Part shown: positions 37,039-49,993 of the stretch, in pieces
Numbering within the stretch: the first letter of the stretch is position 1
How the letters are laid out: the number at the start of each line of letters is the position of its first letter
NCBI GenBank assembly: GCA_026023565.1
Contig: JAPETS010000004.1
Coordinates: 62,001-126,000 of the forward strand
Reading direction: 5' to 3'
Length of the DNA stretch: 64,000 nt
From: Cirrosporium novae-zelandiae
Lineage: Eukaryota
Position numbers and translations under genes: made by a program
Notes under the pieces: model-generated
Databases searched by the model: none
What the model saw: the letters and a program-made list of their open reading frames with translations, nothing else
What the model was told of the DNA's origin: nothing

Positions 37039-38257
37039 ATTATTCGGATGACTGGGAAAGATATCTTACACTACAAGTAGACTACTTGTTACCATTACAT
37101 CACAACTGGACAGTACGACATTTACTAAATAAAATAGTCTTATCTTGTTCAAAAGCCTCATAATACTTTACAGGGTTCCTTTGTGAGCCATTTTTGCCGA
37201 TGATCCGCCATTTGTTCCTTTGACTTTTATTCATCAGTGATGGTGATGACGAGTAAATATAAATAGAAGACATAATGCCATGTAGTTACCAAGGTTGATT
37301 CTTTGATTTTTTGATAATTGGATTATTAATCTCAAATTCCTTTTGGCTTGTGGCTCGTTCGTCAGACCTGTGCTGTATATTTTTCTGTATATTTCATTAC
37401 ATTACAGAATTCAAAAAAACCAGTGAGATTTACTTTTACTGGTTACGGTACTGGTCTGGTACGGTGTAGGTTATCACAAGTGAAGAAAGAAAAAAAAGTC
37501 AACGTCCTGAAAGCTTGGCTGTTCCCGGAAAGGCTTGTTTCTTAGCTTAACTTTGAAGCTCCGACTTATCCACTCACCAACTAAGTTACTACTACCACAC
37601 CACTTCTGTCTGACCTTCGATCGCACCTCTTCTTTCCAACCTCCCATCCTCCTTCCTCCTTCCTCCTTCCTCCTTCAGCTTTCCTCTCAGAGCTTCAGTT
37701 GTCGTGTTTCTCAATTCGTGTGTTTGGCAGACTTCAGGTAAGTTGCCAATTGCTGTCCCTTCTTCATCTTTATTATCATCTTCAATTGTGGCACCTGTCA
37801 AATATGTCATCCAGTCTAGCTCCCCCGCCTTCGTTCCCTTATATATGCGTCATTTCTATTCTTTCCATCCAAGCTGCCATGAAATGTCAAAACATTAACA
37901 ATCATTGTCTCCACACCATTACTACCCTGATGCGCAATTGAATGCATCAACGAATTATAATATGTATATACTGACCTTTTGCTTTTGATAGAGATCCAAT
38001 TCTGTTTGGACCACTAGTCAACCCTCTGACCGCACCTTGACAATCCTAAATAGGTAAGAAGTCCTATGCATGGTTTATCTTGTAATCATCTTTTACATCT
38101 ATTTAATTGTTGGTCGCCATGACCATAGCATTAACAGATTCCTTTCCATGACGGTTAATGAATATCCTTCATTGCTGTTCTACTGAATTCTATGATTGAA
38201 CACAATCTAACAGTCTCTTCTTAACTAGCTCTTATCCTCTCACCGCCGGAAGTCAAA

Positions 38258-38467
38258 ATGCCTGCCATTAACCACGAACTGGTCCGCGCCACGGGGTCCA
38301 GCCTGCACATGCTGGCCAAGCGCTCAAACTGGGCCGGCAAAAATGCAGGTGTTATGGTTGTGTTCTGCATCGTCTTCGTTGTCGCTGCCGGCTTGATCTC
38401 CCTCTTTACCTATCGGAAATGCATGGCTCGCAAAGCTATTCGCGAGACCAGACGCCAACAGGTTTAA
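38258..38467 (+). CDS. 69-aa single-pass membrane microprotein
   Basis: Good start context (tcaaaATG), biased codons, KR-SNW..TM (GVMVVFCIVFVVAAGLISLFTY) and basic tail; two upstream canonical 5'UTR introns (37738-37991, 38054-38228). Confidence 0.75.
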   Translation: MPAINHELVRATGSSLHMLAKRSNWAGKNAGVMVVFCIVFVVAAGLISLFTYRKCMARKAIRETRRQQV

Positions 38468-39982
38468 ACAACCGAAAGGTGTGATAGGGTGATCGAATCA
38501 AAGAGGAACAAAGTGAGAAGTCCTTTTAATGGATGTTGGGCAATCTGTACAGGTTGATTGTTGAATAGTTTGCAGTGTGGAAATCTTGGGGCTCGTTGAC
38601 TGTGATAGGCAACATTATTGGGGTTGCTCTGTGCATGGAAGGGAAACAGCATTCTTATCTCTGTCATATATTAAACTTTCCGTGCTGCATCTAATCGTCA
38701 TCATCTACGCGAATACCCTACTTTTCACGTGGATACGGCTGGATCTTCCGAAAATAGGTACTTTTCTACCAACTTTTTGATTTGGCATTCGGGATGCTCG
38801 GCTCCCCTCTCATCCCCCATCTCATCAGATTTGTGTGCTTTGGATGTGGCTATTCTGGAAACTTTAGATTTACAGCATGTATATTACTTCAGTTGACCTA
38901 TGTGAAGAAGATCTGGATTCCCATTCAATATTCCCCCCAATTCCTACTCTCCGTCCCGCTCTATCGAGACTATGGTCGCATACAAGCTCATACTAAAGAC
39001 TCATGAGCGTATACGTTTGACCCTGCCCCGTATCAGCCTCTTACCTACTAACAACCACCTCTCTTGCGTTGATATACATTAACCCTTAGACGGATGAGGT
39101 ACAAAACATCGGGTACCTTTATGCAGATAGGAGCTTGACAAGTTTGGATAGCGGGATATCCGAATGTGCTGCTATACGATTCTGTCGGGAATTCAAATGC
39201 TACCAAGAAGTGATATCACCGAGATATTTAATCCGGCTAGCTTGTGCCGCTGAGAATGCTTAGCTAACTGTTTCGGTTTCTAAGTCTTAGTTGATGTATC
39301 CAGGCATGCCAGATGAGGGCGCTGGGCCTCCCAGGTTCAGGGTTTCCTGCCCCGATAGGAAGAGCCTATGTAACCATGCTTAAAGAGAAAAATTCGAGAT
39401 GGCAAGATGGCGGCGCACTGCCTATACCAGATTACCAACTGTGCCATAAAACTGAGGCAAAAGATCCGGAAATCGCGCTATGGAGCGTTTTCGTGTCGCG
39501 AGTTGCAACCAGATTCATTAGAAACGCCTGCGTTCTAAATTTGTGATATTTGCTATACATATGTTTGGACCAGGGCATGCACTTGGCAGGCCGTCTAGAG
39601 GACCGCTTTCGCCAAAGCCGGACTTTATTTACTGCATATCAAGTAAGCCTCTTGTCAATTTTAGAATCTAAATTTCAATGATTTTCTTGACCATGCTGGC
39701 CTTTTTCCTGGTCTGCTATCGAATAAAAATCTGATTTCTTCGTTAGGAGCAAGAGTAGGAAGACCCTTGGAATCGTCATTATGTATCAGTGAACCATTTC
39801 CTTGGAACCGCGGGAAGCGGAAGCAAAGCATTGGCCAATTTTGACCGATTATAGACGACACTTTCCCTAACATCTCCACCACTGCTTAAACAACCACCCT
39901 TGATATTAATCATATCCACAATCCACTAAGATTAAAAATCCGCCAAGTGGAATTAATATGGTTGGATTTTCCACAACAAATA

Positions 39983-40018
39983 GAAGAAGAAGAAGAAGAA
40001 GAAGAAGAAGAAGAAGAA
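39983..40018. repeat. (GAA)12 microsatellite
   Basis: Perfect trinucleotide run. Confidence 0.95.
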
Positions 40019-40543
40019 AAAAGACCATGGCAAGCCATTTGGTTGGCTAAATGATATGACTTGGCTACCATTAAAGAAAGGCTATCTTTATAGAGACCTC
40101 TGCTATAGCTTGCTCATATCGACTAGACGTTTGCAAATGAATCATAAGAGATGGAAGGATCTAGGTTATTAACCCATGCTAACCAAGCTTTCCAGCCTCT
40201 AATCTTGACTCGGGATGAAGAACGCGCTGCGCGGTAACTATGACGCGACACATATAGTAACTTTGATTATATATCTTCTTCGTCCCCTCATTCACCCATT
40301 GCTTTTTTCCTCTACATATATCCCATAGCCGCGGGTTGGATCTCTTGCCAGTTGTCACCATATTTATACCCAGTCAACTCTTCGCCAAGTCATTCTAAGT
40401 ATAGTCCAGTGATCCTTCTCCTACTAGCAGATTAACAGAGTTGGCAGATAGTTATCATAAATCATTGTCTTCCCTCTACTCGGCACGGGTTTGATTCAAC
40501 AGCTAGGGTATTCATTCATCTATATGAGCTCTATGATTCTATA

Positions 40544-42603
40544 ATGTCATCCCGCTATCATCTAAACCGATCGGTGAAGGTTCATTCATCCATCGAACAA
40601 TCCCCCATACCAGCGTCCTCTTTGACGCCATACTTAGGGAGTGAAAGTCAAAGTGGCCCTCGAGCAATGGGCCACATTCCGTGTGGACCTCGATTACCAA
40701 TGTCCGAGTTTACTCCAATTAACCGGAGACCTACATACCAGACAAGAAGCCCTGCTAAAAACTTGGATATACCAAGGGGTCCGAAATCTCGTTCAACAAT
40801 GTCACGATTTAGTTTCGCTAAAGGCGAAGAGAGAAGCACAAGCAAGCCTAGACAGGCAAAAGCAGAGCCAAGTTCCAGGAATACTTTAGGTCCTAATATA
40901 TCGGATCATGACAGCACAATTCGTAAGCACGAGAAGCTATGCTTTCATAGCGAATAGGTTGAAGAAATCCTGAAATTGACAACGATGTAGGTCCTTTCCG
41001 AGAACATTGCCAATCAAATTATCCCTCTTCATGGACATTAAAGAGTGTTGGCCTAAAATTAGAGACGATACCAAAACAACAACCATTAGCTGATAGTAGG
41101 AATTATGACTGTACCCATAACGATAGTGGTTGCAGTACTTCAGCCGGTGTAGCTAGGCCAAACCCTACAAATAACAGGTCAACCCATGGCAATGCCAATA
41201 CCGACTGCCATGAGCGAAAGGAATCCCCGAAGAAACAAACGTACACAGCCGACAGACAGGGTACACCAGCTTTAGTGCAAGGTTTACAAACACCAACCAT
41301 ATCATCCCTTTCTATCAAAAAGAGTCCATTGCTCTCTCCAAATCGAGACTTAGACTTATTGACTGCGAATGCCTCTAAAAGCGAAGATTTAGAAAAAGAT
41401 GGTTTTGCTTTTTCTACCCAAAAAGAGCATAAGCAAAGCCTTCTCGGAAAGCATAAAGCTGAAAAGCAGAAGTTGGTGCAATTACAGGAACAGATAGCTT
41501 TGCTCGAAGCCGAGAAATCGCAGCGCCGTACATGTCATAAAGACATGGGTTTGAATCAGGGGCAAGGAGCATCATTAAACCAACTACCAAGATACTCAAC
41601 TACAATGTTGTCTCCATCTCCATCACCTCAACCCGAGGCTGCTAGAGAACACGAGCCCCGGAAGGAGCAGCAGGCACGGAATATGTCAGCACGTGCTTAT
41701 CCGCAATAGGATCGGAAGGGTATAGAGCCAGTAAAACGGTATAGCCTTAGGAGAAAATTTTAGGATAGGGAGCATAGCAAGAAATGTTTAAAGCTATCTG
41801 AGGCAAATGCTATACCCATTACTTCCCAGAACCGGGTTTTACTTTCTCGAGACCATGTAGTAGAAATACCTAGTGCTGACGAGCCCATACTTTCTACCAC
41901 TGATGAGCCCATTATATCTGGTTCTAACCATCACAGCCAGCTAGATCAACAGCTAGGTAGGACGGAATTTTTTCCCTCTCAACAAACGTCTACTAAAGAC
42001 CCATCGCGAAAACGAACGGCCAAGGTCACTGGGGAGCAGAAGGCCAAGAAAGCAAAGATAGATATCTCCTCGAGTGTGGAAGAATTAAAGAGGATAACAC
42101 TACGTGTCGGTAATATCAAACTCGGTACCACTGATGATGAGATGAGGGAATTATTTCAAGGATGTGATAGCTATCTCGCCTTTTGGATTCAAAACAGGCA
42201 AAAACATAACTGGTTCAGGTAGGTTTTCCCATGGCCTTCTACCTCCCATGATTCCTATTAATAAGTATTATACAGCTATGGGTTCATCGATTACGAGAGC
42301 CATTGTCATGCAGTCAAAGCCATGGATGCCCTGCAAGGCACCAATATTCGTGGAGAAGAAATAGTGATCAGGCTCGCTCAGTCGTCTGACAATATTAAGG
42401 CTTCTAGGAATGAAGTAGACATCTCTAACCGAGCGGAAAATACTCAAGCCCCGACCTCAAGTAATCGAGAGCAAAATGTGCAGACAGCTACAGGCGCGTT
42501 GACTTCACTACAAGATGATATATCGAGTATGGTCAGGGGAGCTGTCCAGAAGGCTAACCACGAGTCTATGCAACAACAACAACAAATAGCACAGGTAGCC
42601 TAG
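40544..42603 (+). pseudogene. RRM-domain protein gene with in-frame amber stops
   Basis: One reading frame across introns 40987-41099 and 42218-42275. RRM: TLRVGNIK..SYGFIDY..AMDALQG..IVIRLA. TAG at 40955, 41707 and 41761. Confidence 0.75.
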
Positions 42604-42921
42604 ATATACCGTTGCACGATCGTATGCTAGAAATAAAATATTATTAGGGATATTAATCTAGTACTCATATGCAATCTAAGACAGAATAAATAATTTGTCT
42701 TTGCGTCAACTAAGCGTCAATCGCTTAATAGACGCCAAGCTTATTGTATGCCAAGCCAAGACAAGACAAGACTGCGTAGCTCATTGCTACCTGTAAGGAA
42801 ACAGTTTAAACCAGCCTTCAACCCCAACCTCCAGCGCCCATTACCACCACACAATTCTCTCAAACCCTTCTTCGTACTATAAGTATTCTATTCACGCCTA
42901 TTACTTCCACAATCCGAAAGA

Positions 42922-43870
42922 ATGAATCATTTCCCTCAAGCCTGGGGTCGAGTATGTTTCCTCATTCCCTCGTTCTATAACTCTATGTAAGACCGAGAAG
43001 CTCTCACTAACCGTATTATTTGTAGCCTCGCGATGATGTTTACGGTTCTTACGACCCATCATATCTTCAGAATAGTGGCCCGAATCAGCATACTACGCAA
43101 CCAATAGTTACCGGAACCTCTGTTGTTGCTTGCAAGTTCAAAGATGGCGTTGTGATTGCCGCAGATAACCTTGGTACCAACCTCCGAATTCTCCTGGTCA
43201 TATCCTCAGAAATGTCCACCTAACGTTTAGCCCTCTAGCATCCTATGGCTCCCTGGCCCGTTTTAATCCCGTCCACCGCCTGCACTCCTTCAGCACCAAT
43301 ACCCTCATCGGCATCGGAGGCGACGTCTCCGACATGCAGCACATATCACGACTTCTCGCCTCCCTCTCCACCCGTGAAAACTACTACCACACCTCCTCCA
43401 CCTCCACCACCAGCCTCACCGCCTTCAACATCCACACCTACCTCTCCAAAGTCCTCTATAAGCGTCGCTCGGACATGAACCCCCTCTGGAATGTCCTCCT
43501 AATCGCCGGTTTCGACGGTCCGGAATCCAACAAAGATTCAAAACCCTTCCTAGCGAGTGCCGATTTGCTGGGCACGACATTCAGTAGCCCCACACTAGCG
43601 AGCGGGTTTGGAGCGCACCTAGCACAGCCAATTCTAAGAAAGCTAATTCCGGATGAGAGCGTAGTGGAGAATATTTCGAGAGAGGAGGCGGAGAAATGCG
43701 TGAGGGAGTGTATGAAGGTGCTGTGGTATCGGGATGCTAGGAGCGCCGAGAGTTATAGTCTCGGTGTTGTGACGAGGGAGGGTATCGAGCTGCTCAAGGA
43801 TGAGAAGGTCGAAGCCCAGAGCTGGGCTTTTGCCGAGGGCGTACGCGGTTATGGAACCCAAGTTAATTAA
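42922..43870 (+). CDS. PRE4: 20S proteasome subunit beta 7
   Basis: MNHFPQAWGR|..HTTQPIVTGTSVV..AADNL|ASYGSLARF..GDVSDMQ..NPLWN..GFGAHLAQP..YRDARS..GYGTQ. Confidence 0.96.
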
Positions 43871-45335
43871 ACAAATCCAACTTATGCTGGGAGGATTATG
43901 GTATGGTCCAAGGTACAATGACATAGAACGGACGGGAGAAACAGGCCCCCTCCTCCCGAGGCCTTTTTTCTTAACGGCGGCTTGCTTCCTAGTTTTGTAT
44001 CCATAGCTCACGAAAAATAGAAATTTTCGAGGATTCAAACTGGGTCTCTGCTACAAAGAAAACGAATATTTTCTTCCGTACATTCTATACTGTGTTGTCT
44101 CGTGAATCCCTCATCTGCTACCACATATACACACGCTTATCGACTACATTACATGCATGCATACATAATGTATACATGTTCAAAATCTCTTATTTTTTCC
44201 TTTCCCTTAATTTCCAAAATGTTGACTTGACTCCTAGCTAATAGAGTACCAACCCCCTCTAAAATACATCCCAAAATGGATTTTCTTATCGTTGTCGTCG
44301 TCATCGTCATTATCATATCGCATCTCCCACTTTACCATATCTTACTCACTAACCCCCCAGCATCATCATTAATGTTAGCGCCCCCCTCCTCTCCACAGCA
44401 ACACAAGAAAACAAACCAAACGAAACTAAATCAACCTTTCCTACAATTATTTCCAGATGCCAGAGCTCAAATCACCTATTCTTCCCTCTCTCTAGTTCTT
44501 TTTTTCTTTTCTCTTTTTAAAAACAAACAACCACGGGCCTAAGAGATAGATATCTAGCCAATTACCAATTTAGATTGAAAATATATAATGATAGTATAAG
44601 CATTTAAATGGAGGGGGGGGAATAGGGGGCCGAGGAAAAGGGAGGGGGAGGAGGAAGGAAACGAAGAAGGTTGAATAAATACACAATAAAAAAAAGGATG
44701 AATTAATTTATATATAAATTTTGAAGTACCAACAAGTAATCATTAATTATGTAAAACACACACATCCACTCCCATAAAAAAATACAGCATAGCCATCTAT
44801 CTACCTATCCACCTCACCTCTAATTTTTTTGTTCTTTTTTCATGTCATAGCAATTGCATTAATTACTAAAATAATCAATTACATACAGTGGTTGATTCCT
44901 AACCGGCTAAGTATCCCGGGTGTACCCAACGGTCCGGGCGGGAAAACAATCCAACTTTAATCTTTCCAAATCCCCGCCCGACGTTGCGTAGATATAATTC
45001 TATCCACCGACCTATAGACCTATAGGACTAGGACGGGACGACTAGGGAAGAAGGAAAGAAAAGAAAGAACACGAAAATAAGAGGGATATTGAAGAGGAAG
45101 AATATAACTGACTGACACAATCACTACTCTATCTATTATCGCTACTCCAACACTACCACCATCATCATATATACATACCATCATCCTCACGAATACTATT
45201 GTTGTTATCATTACCACTATCAATTGAAACGAAACGAAACGAAACGAAAAAGAAACAAGAAAGAACTTGCCTCCAATCCATCAACCCATCAACCCGCGCA
45301 TACGCATACAAAACTAGAAAAGAAACCCAAAAAAA

Positions 45336-45848
45336 ATGCAGCGGCTCCTCCGTCTCCGCCCCCGGGCACCACCACAATCTCTCCTCCTCCCCTCCTCCTC
45401 CCTTACCACCACTTCTTTGATCTTCAAACCCACCACCGCCGCATTCACATCAAGGTAAAACATACTCCTCTCCCTCCCCTCGCCTCCCTTACCAACCCCC
45501 AATTAGAACTAGAACTAACCCCCCCCTCCCTCTCATAGACGCACCCTAACAACAACCCTCCACACGACCCCCCAACGTCCCCACCTCTCATCCACCCCCA
45601 CTCACAACTTAACAATTCCCTACAATCCCTCCACCTCACCCCCCCTCACCACCCCCTTTCAACCAACCACCACACCCTCTTTAAACCCACTTCAACAAGT
45701 CCGCTGTGGACCCCGAAACACCATGAACGGCTGGACACACCTGATTCGAAAACGAAGATTAGGGTTTCTGGCTAGGTTGAGGAGTAAGACTGGTAGGAAG
45801 ATTTTGAAGAGGAAGAGGGCTAAGGGGAAGAGGGTTTTGAGTTTTTAG
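45336..45848 (+). CDS. MRPL34: Mitochondrial ribosomal protein bL34m
   Basis: Presequence-like exon MQRLLRLRP.., intron ~45454-45538, and C-terminal QQVRCGPRNTMNGWTHLIRKRRLGFLARLRSKTGRKILKRKRAKGKRVLSF*. Confidence 0.88.
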
Positions 45849-45874
45849 TTTTTAGGGGAGGGTGTTTGGGAGAG

Positions 45875-45877
<3 letters not shown>

Positions 45878-45912
<35 letters not shown>
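45878..45912. repeat. Poly-G tract (35 nt)
   Basis: Homopolymer ~30 nt downstream of the bL34m stop. Confidence 0.9.
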
Positions 45913-45913
<1 letters not shown>

Positions 45914-46579
45914 GATGGTGTTATATATAGTGTTTCAATTGAGATTGAGATTGAATGTTTTGCTGGGGAGAGCTGGCTGTATGATACTGTTGGCATTGTG
46001 GAAAAGGCCTTCGTGTGAAATTGTCGTCGTGATGGCTACGTATAAACTAGGTATATTTCTAGCCGGCATTTCATGGTCCGGGGAGTTTGGCCAGTCTCTG
46101 CTGAGTAGTAGTGTTCCTCGAGGCGACAAAAACAAGGAGATATCTATCAATGTCTCCCATACAGAACCTAAAAAAAACGATATCAAAATCTAGGCTTCCT
46201 CATTTCACCTCTGCTCATGTACATATTATCTACGGGGAGCCGTGGTCCTACTACATAAAACCCCCAAGATATGTGATAGGCCTAATACAGGAAGCCGTCC
46301 CATTTCACATCTCACATTCTATCCTGCATAGGAAAAAAGTCCCATGAAAAAAAGGACCCATGTCATTCACGCTCATGCTCATATATGCCCATTAAAACGC
46401 CCGGCGATTGCAATGACTTTTTCATATCCTGCTATGCCGTGCTTCATTTTTCGCTTTTCCTTTCCTTCATGAATATTGACCATTGATCTTCTGTTTACCT
46501 ATTTCTGATTGCGGGAGGTCGGCCCGATGGCGAGAAGGATGAGTTAGTGGTAGGATCTGAGATAGCCTTCTTAGTCCAA

Positions 46580-48500
46580 TTACTGAATTGGCTCGATAGT
46601 ATTGCCACTATTAACAGAGGTCAGCTCGGGATTCTGGTATGGTAGAGTGAAAATACATACGCAACAATGTTGGCCCAGCCAATCAGGCGCCAATGCTTTT
46701 CAATTCTCCTGCTCAAGGCAATCTTCTCACCAATCTCTGTACAAGCAGGGCTTGTCAAGCTCAACTTGGCAGCATCGGCTTTAACACCCATAACCTTGGC
46801 GCCAGTAGCCGTAGATCCAATGTTAACCATCAAGACTTCGTTCTTTGATAATTTTGCGACCTTGGCTTGTTTGCCATCGGCAGTCTTGACACCTAGCAAA
46901 CGCCGGAGAAGGAAGTAGTTGACCTGTATCCATAAATGTCAATAAATTTCACTACTGATCAATAGGACAAATGTAACATACCTCGAGCTCGGTATAGATG
47001 CTTGGAAGCTGGCCCCGTAACCCGAGGACAAAGCCAACCAAACGATCAGCACGGCAAAGGGTCGGATCGACACGAGTTCCCACACCAACTATTCTACCGT
47101 CAGCAACAGGATGGAAAGATTATATGGCCTCTAAAAGGAGGAGAACATACTTAATCCTCCGGGCACCGCGAATTTAAGGTCATTATGTTCTGCGTAGAGG
47201 TTAGCCTAGGCCTCTGTAAAACTAAGAAAATATACATACCAGCGAAGAGAGACACTACCCGGCTGAAAATTGGGCGACCTAATTGATATCTGTATTAGCA
47301 AAAACACCGTTAATATTATACTTAACTATAAAAGTACGCACATTGGATTTGCCCTCCTTCATCGCGAGTAACTAAACCTGGACGGATCTCAATCTCGTCA
47401 CCGAGTTTGAGAACACCGGTTAGTATACTGCCACCCGCAACACCACCTTTCAAATCATCGATCTCAGCACCGGGTTTATTCACATCGAATGAACGAATGA
47501 CAATTAGTCTGGGGAATGCGCTAAAATCTCGGACAGGAACCGGAATCTTTGTGACAAGATATTCGTTGATAGCGTCAATATTGTATCTAACGGAACTTTG
47601 TAAGCATATGTAAAAAAAAAGGTATAAACTTTTCATACCTCAATTGCGCAGAGATTGGAATGATGGGAGATCCGTCGGCAACAGTACCACGAATAAACTT
47701 AAGAATAGACTGGTAATGTTGCTCGGCGCCTTCTTCCCGCATTAGATCAACCTTGTTCTGGAGAATGATGATATGGTGAAGTTTCATAATCTCAATGGCA
47801 GCCAAGTGCTCAGAGGTTTGAGGCTGAGGGCAGGTTTCGTTGCCGGCAATCAATAGAAGAGCTGCGTCCATGACAGCTGCACCTGATAACATAGTACTCA
47901 TGAGAATATCGTGGCCAGGGCAATCAACAAAGCTGTCCTTGTTAGTCGAGTAAATGGCTGCTATTAGGTAGCCTCCACTTACGAAACATGTCTCAGTAGA
48001 CGGTATGTCCCCGTGCAGTCTTCCCTTTCGCAAGGGGGGTCAATCTCTTTATCAGACTTGAAGCTCCTATAACATCCAGGTCTCGGGCATTCTGGGTTAT
48101 CACATTTATAGATCTTTGCGTTTGCATAACCAAGCTTGATGGTGATATTCCTTTCTAACTCGTTCTTAAACCTGACAGTCTGTACACCAGATATTGCCTT
48201 AACCACAGTAGACTTCCCGTGTGCCACATGCCCGATGGTTCCAATATTTATAGTCGCTTGTCTTGCAATAATTTCTGGCGATAAAGGAGTAAGGGCAGAG
48301 ATGTCAAGGTCTTTTGGATCTGGTTGTTCTGGGAGCACAGGGCGGGCTTCTTGTGGTGGAGGCGCTGTCTTCTTCATCGCGGATTTTGGCTTTGGAGCGG
48401 GTGTCTCTGCTTCTTCGTGCTCGACACCGTTGGTGGGCTCAAGAGTAGGGGAGGCTGGAGGAGATTCTTCGTCTGATGGAAAATCGCCATTCGTCGCCAT
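46580..48500 (-). CDS. GCD11: Translation initiation factor 2 gamma subunit
   Basis: [56 protein letters not shown]; multiple introns; ends GNTIEPIQ*. Confidence 0.98.
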
Positions 48501-49166
48501 GATTGCGGTTTGCGGCTGGTCGCAGCAGCTTTTTCTTCAAAAGTCGGGTGGTTACGATTGCTCTCTAAAGATGAAGGCGAAGTTGGGGTTTGATAGTTTG
48601 ACGATAAGAAAACTTCCTAGTTAGAAAATCGTGTTCTTAGGGTTGCTCCAAGTTCCTCGGTCAACCGTACTTAACAATCTACGCTGGTAAGGAGGAGATG
48701 AAAAGATCAGTAAGATCTCTAAACAGTAAATAGGACCTGGTGTGTTGGCTTGATGTGAAGACTGAGGGTTGTTTTCCGGCTATTAATTTTACTCGGCTGA
48801 GTCACTCACCCCTCCAATGACCGAATTAAGCCCTAATCATTGTCACCTACTTAAATACCTAGGTACCTATATATGTTGTAAATACATTCTCTACCTTACT
48901 TTTCAATTTCAATAAAAAATAGACAATAGAGAATGCATGTGCTAGAGTATATCCATATTATACTACCTCTGTATAGTACATGTTTAGGTCACCGCGCAAA
49001 AAATATCTAGCAGACCTGAAACGATTGACACCTTTACACACTTAAATGCAACTTCGATATTTCGACGACCATCATCGCTATCCGTATCCAGAGCAACCTT
49101 ATTGACTCCTAAGAATTTCGGTATCAATTTCCACCTCTAAACGCCATAATGTCCTGGATACCCCAT

Positions 49167-49993
49167 CTAAATTTGCCTTTGCTGGTCGTCTTGAGCATTC
49201 TGATTGTCGACAGCTCCCACCATCTTGCGCAGCTCCCATTCCTTTGTAAACTGGCGACTCATAATTCCGAGATCGTTGACAAGGTCTTTGGCCGCTTGTA
49301 GAACCGCATCCTTAGGGGATATTTGGCCATCAGTCTGAACACGAAGGTCAAACTCGGCTTTGAGAGGATGGTCAATCTGTTTTCGGCATGTTAAGTGGTA
49401 TTCAACTTATAAAGCAAGGACCGGGTCTGATAATCGGTTACCTTGTAGCCGTTGAAGAGTACGTGTGGATTTTTCCCAATGCGTTCGGAGAGCATATTGC
49501 CTAGAGTGTGGTCCTCCTTCTTAACCTTGAACCACATGCAGTTTGCGACCCCTAGTAGACATGTTCAGAGTCCATACAACATATATAGATAAATCTTAAA
49601 AGGTATAAATGACTTACGAGTGTCTGGGGTCTGCTCGATTTTCTTCTCTCCAGGTTCGAGGAGGAATTCAGCAAAACTGAGTTTACCATCATCGGTTAGT
49701 TTGTGCAGTTCAAAGCCGCCAGGTCCTGGTACATTTGGAGGTATCTTAATGAACCAGTGGAAACAAAACGATCGATTAAGAAATTCATAAGTGTGGGATA
49801 GACCCATTCCATATGTTCCAAGAACTCCCCATGATCGTTAAATAGGGTACAGGATTAAGGAGCCCCTTCCTAAAATATGCCTCCTCAACCCCTTCAGAGA
49901 AGTCGGAGGGAAGTAGTGAAGAGAAGAGTTGACGGGGAAAGAAAGGTAGACAAGTATTTGTTATTTGTAGACCTACCGATCCGGAGCATTCAT
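49167..49993 (-). CDS. RPB11: RNA polymerase II subunit RPB11
   Basis: MNAPDR|FAEFLLEPGEKK..|..KKEDHTLGNML..GYK|IDHPL..LRVQTDG..; first intron 49976-49677. Confidence 0.93.

Noticed and set aside
38470..40540. Short ORFs in a 2-kb gene-free stretch
   Set aside because: No motifs, consistent splice structure or codon bias.
40955..41763. Genome-wide TAG reassignment
   Set aside because: Conserved genes in the window (RPB11, Voa1-like, bL34m, 2OG oxygenase) end with TAG at the expected positions.
44885..44985. tRNA-like GGTTGATTCC and a GC stem (cgggcggg/cccgcccg)
   Set aside because: No cloverleaf or A-box; the 8-bp stem alone is not significant.
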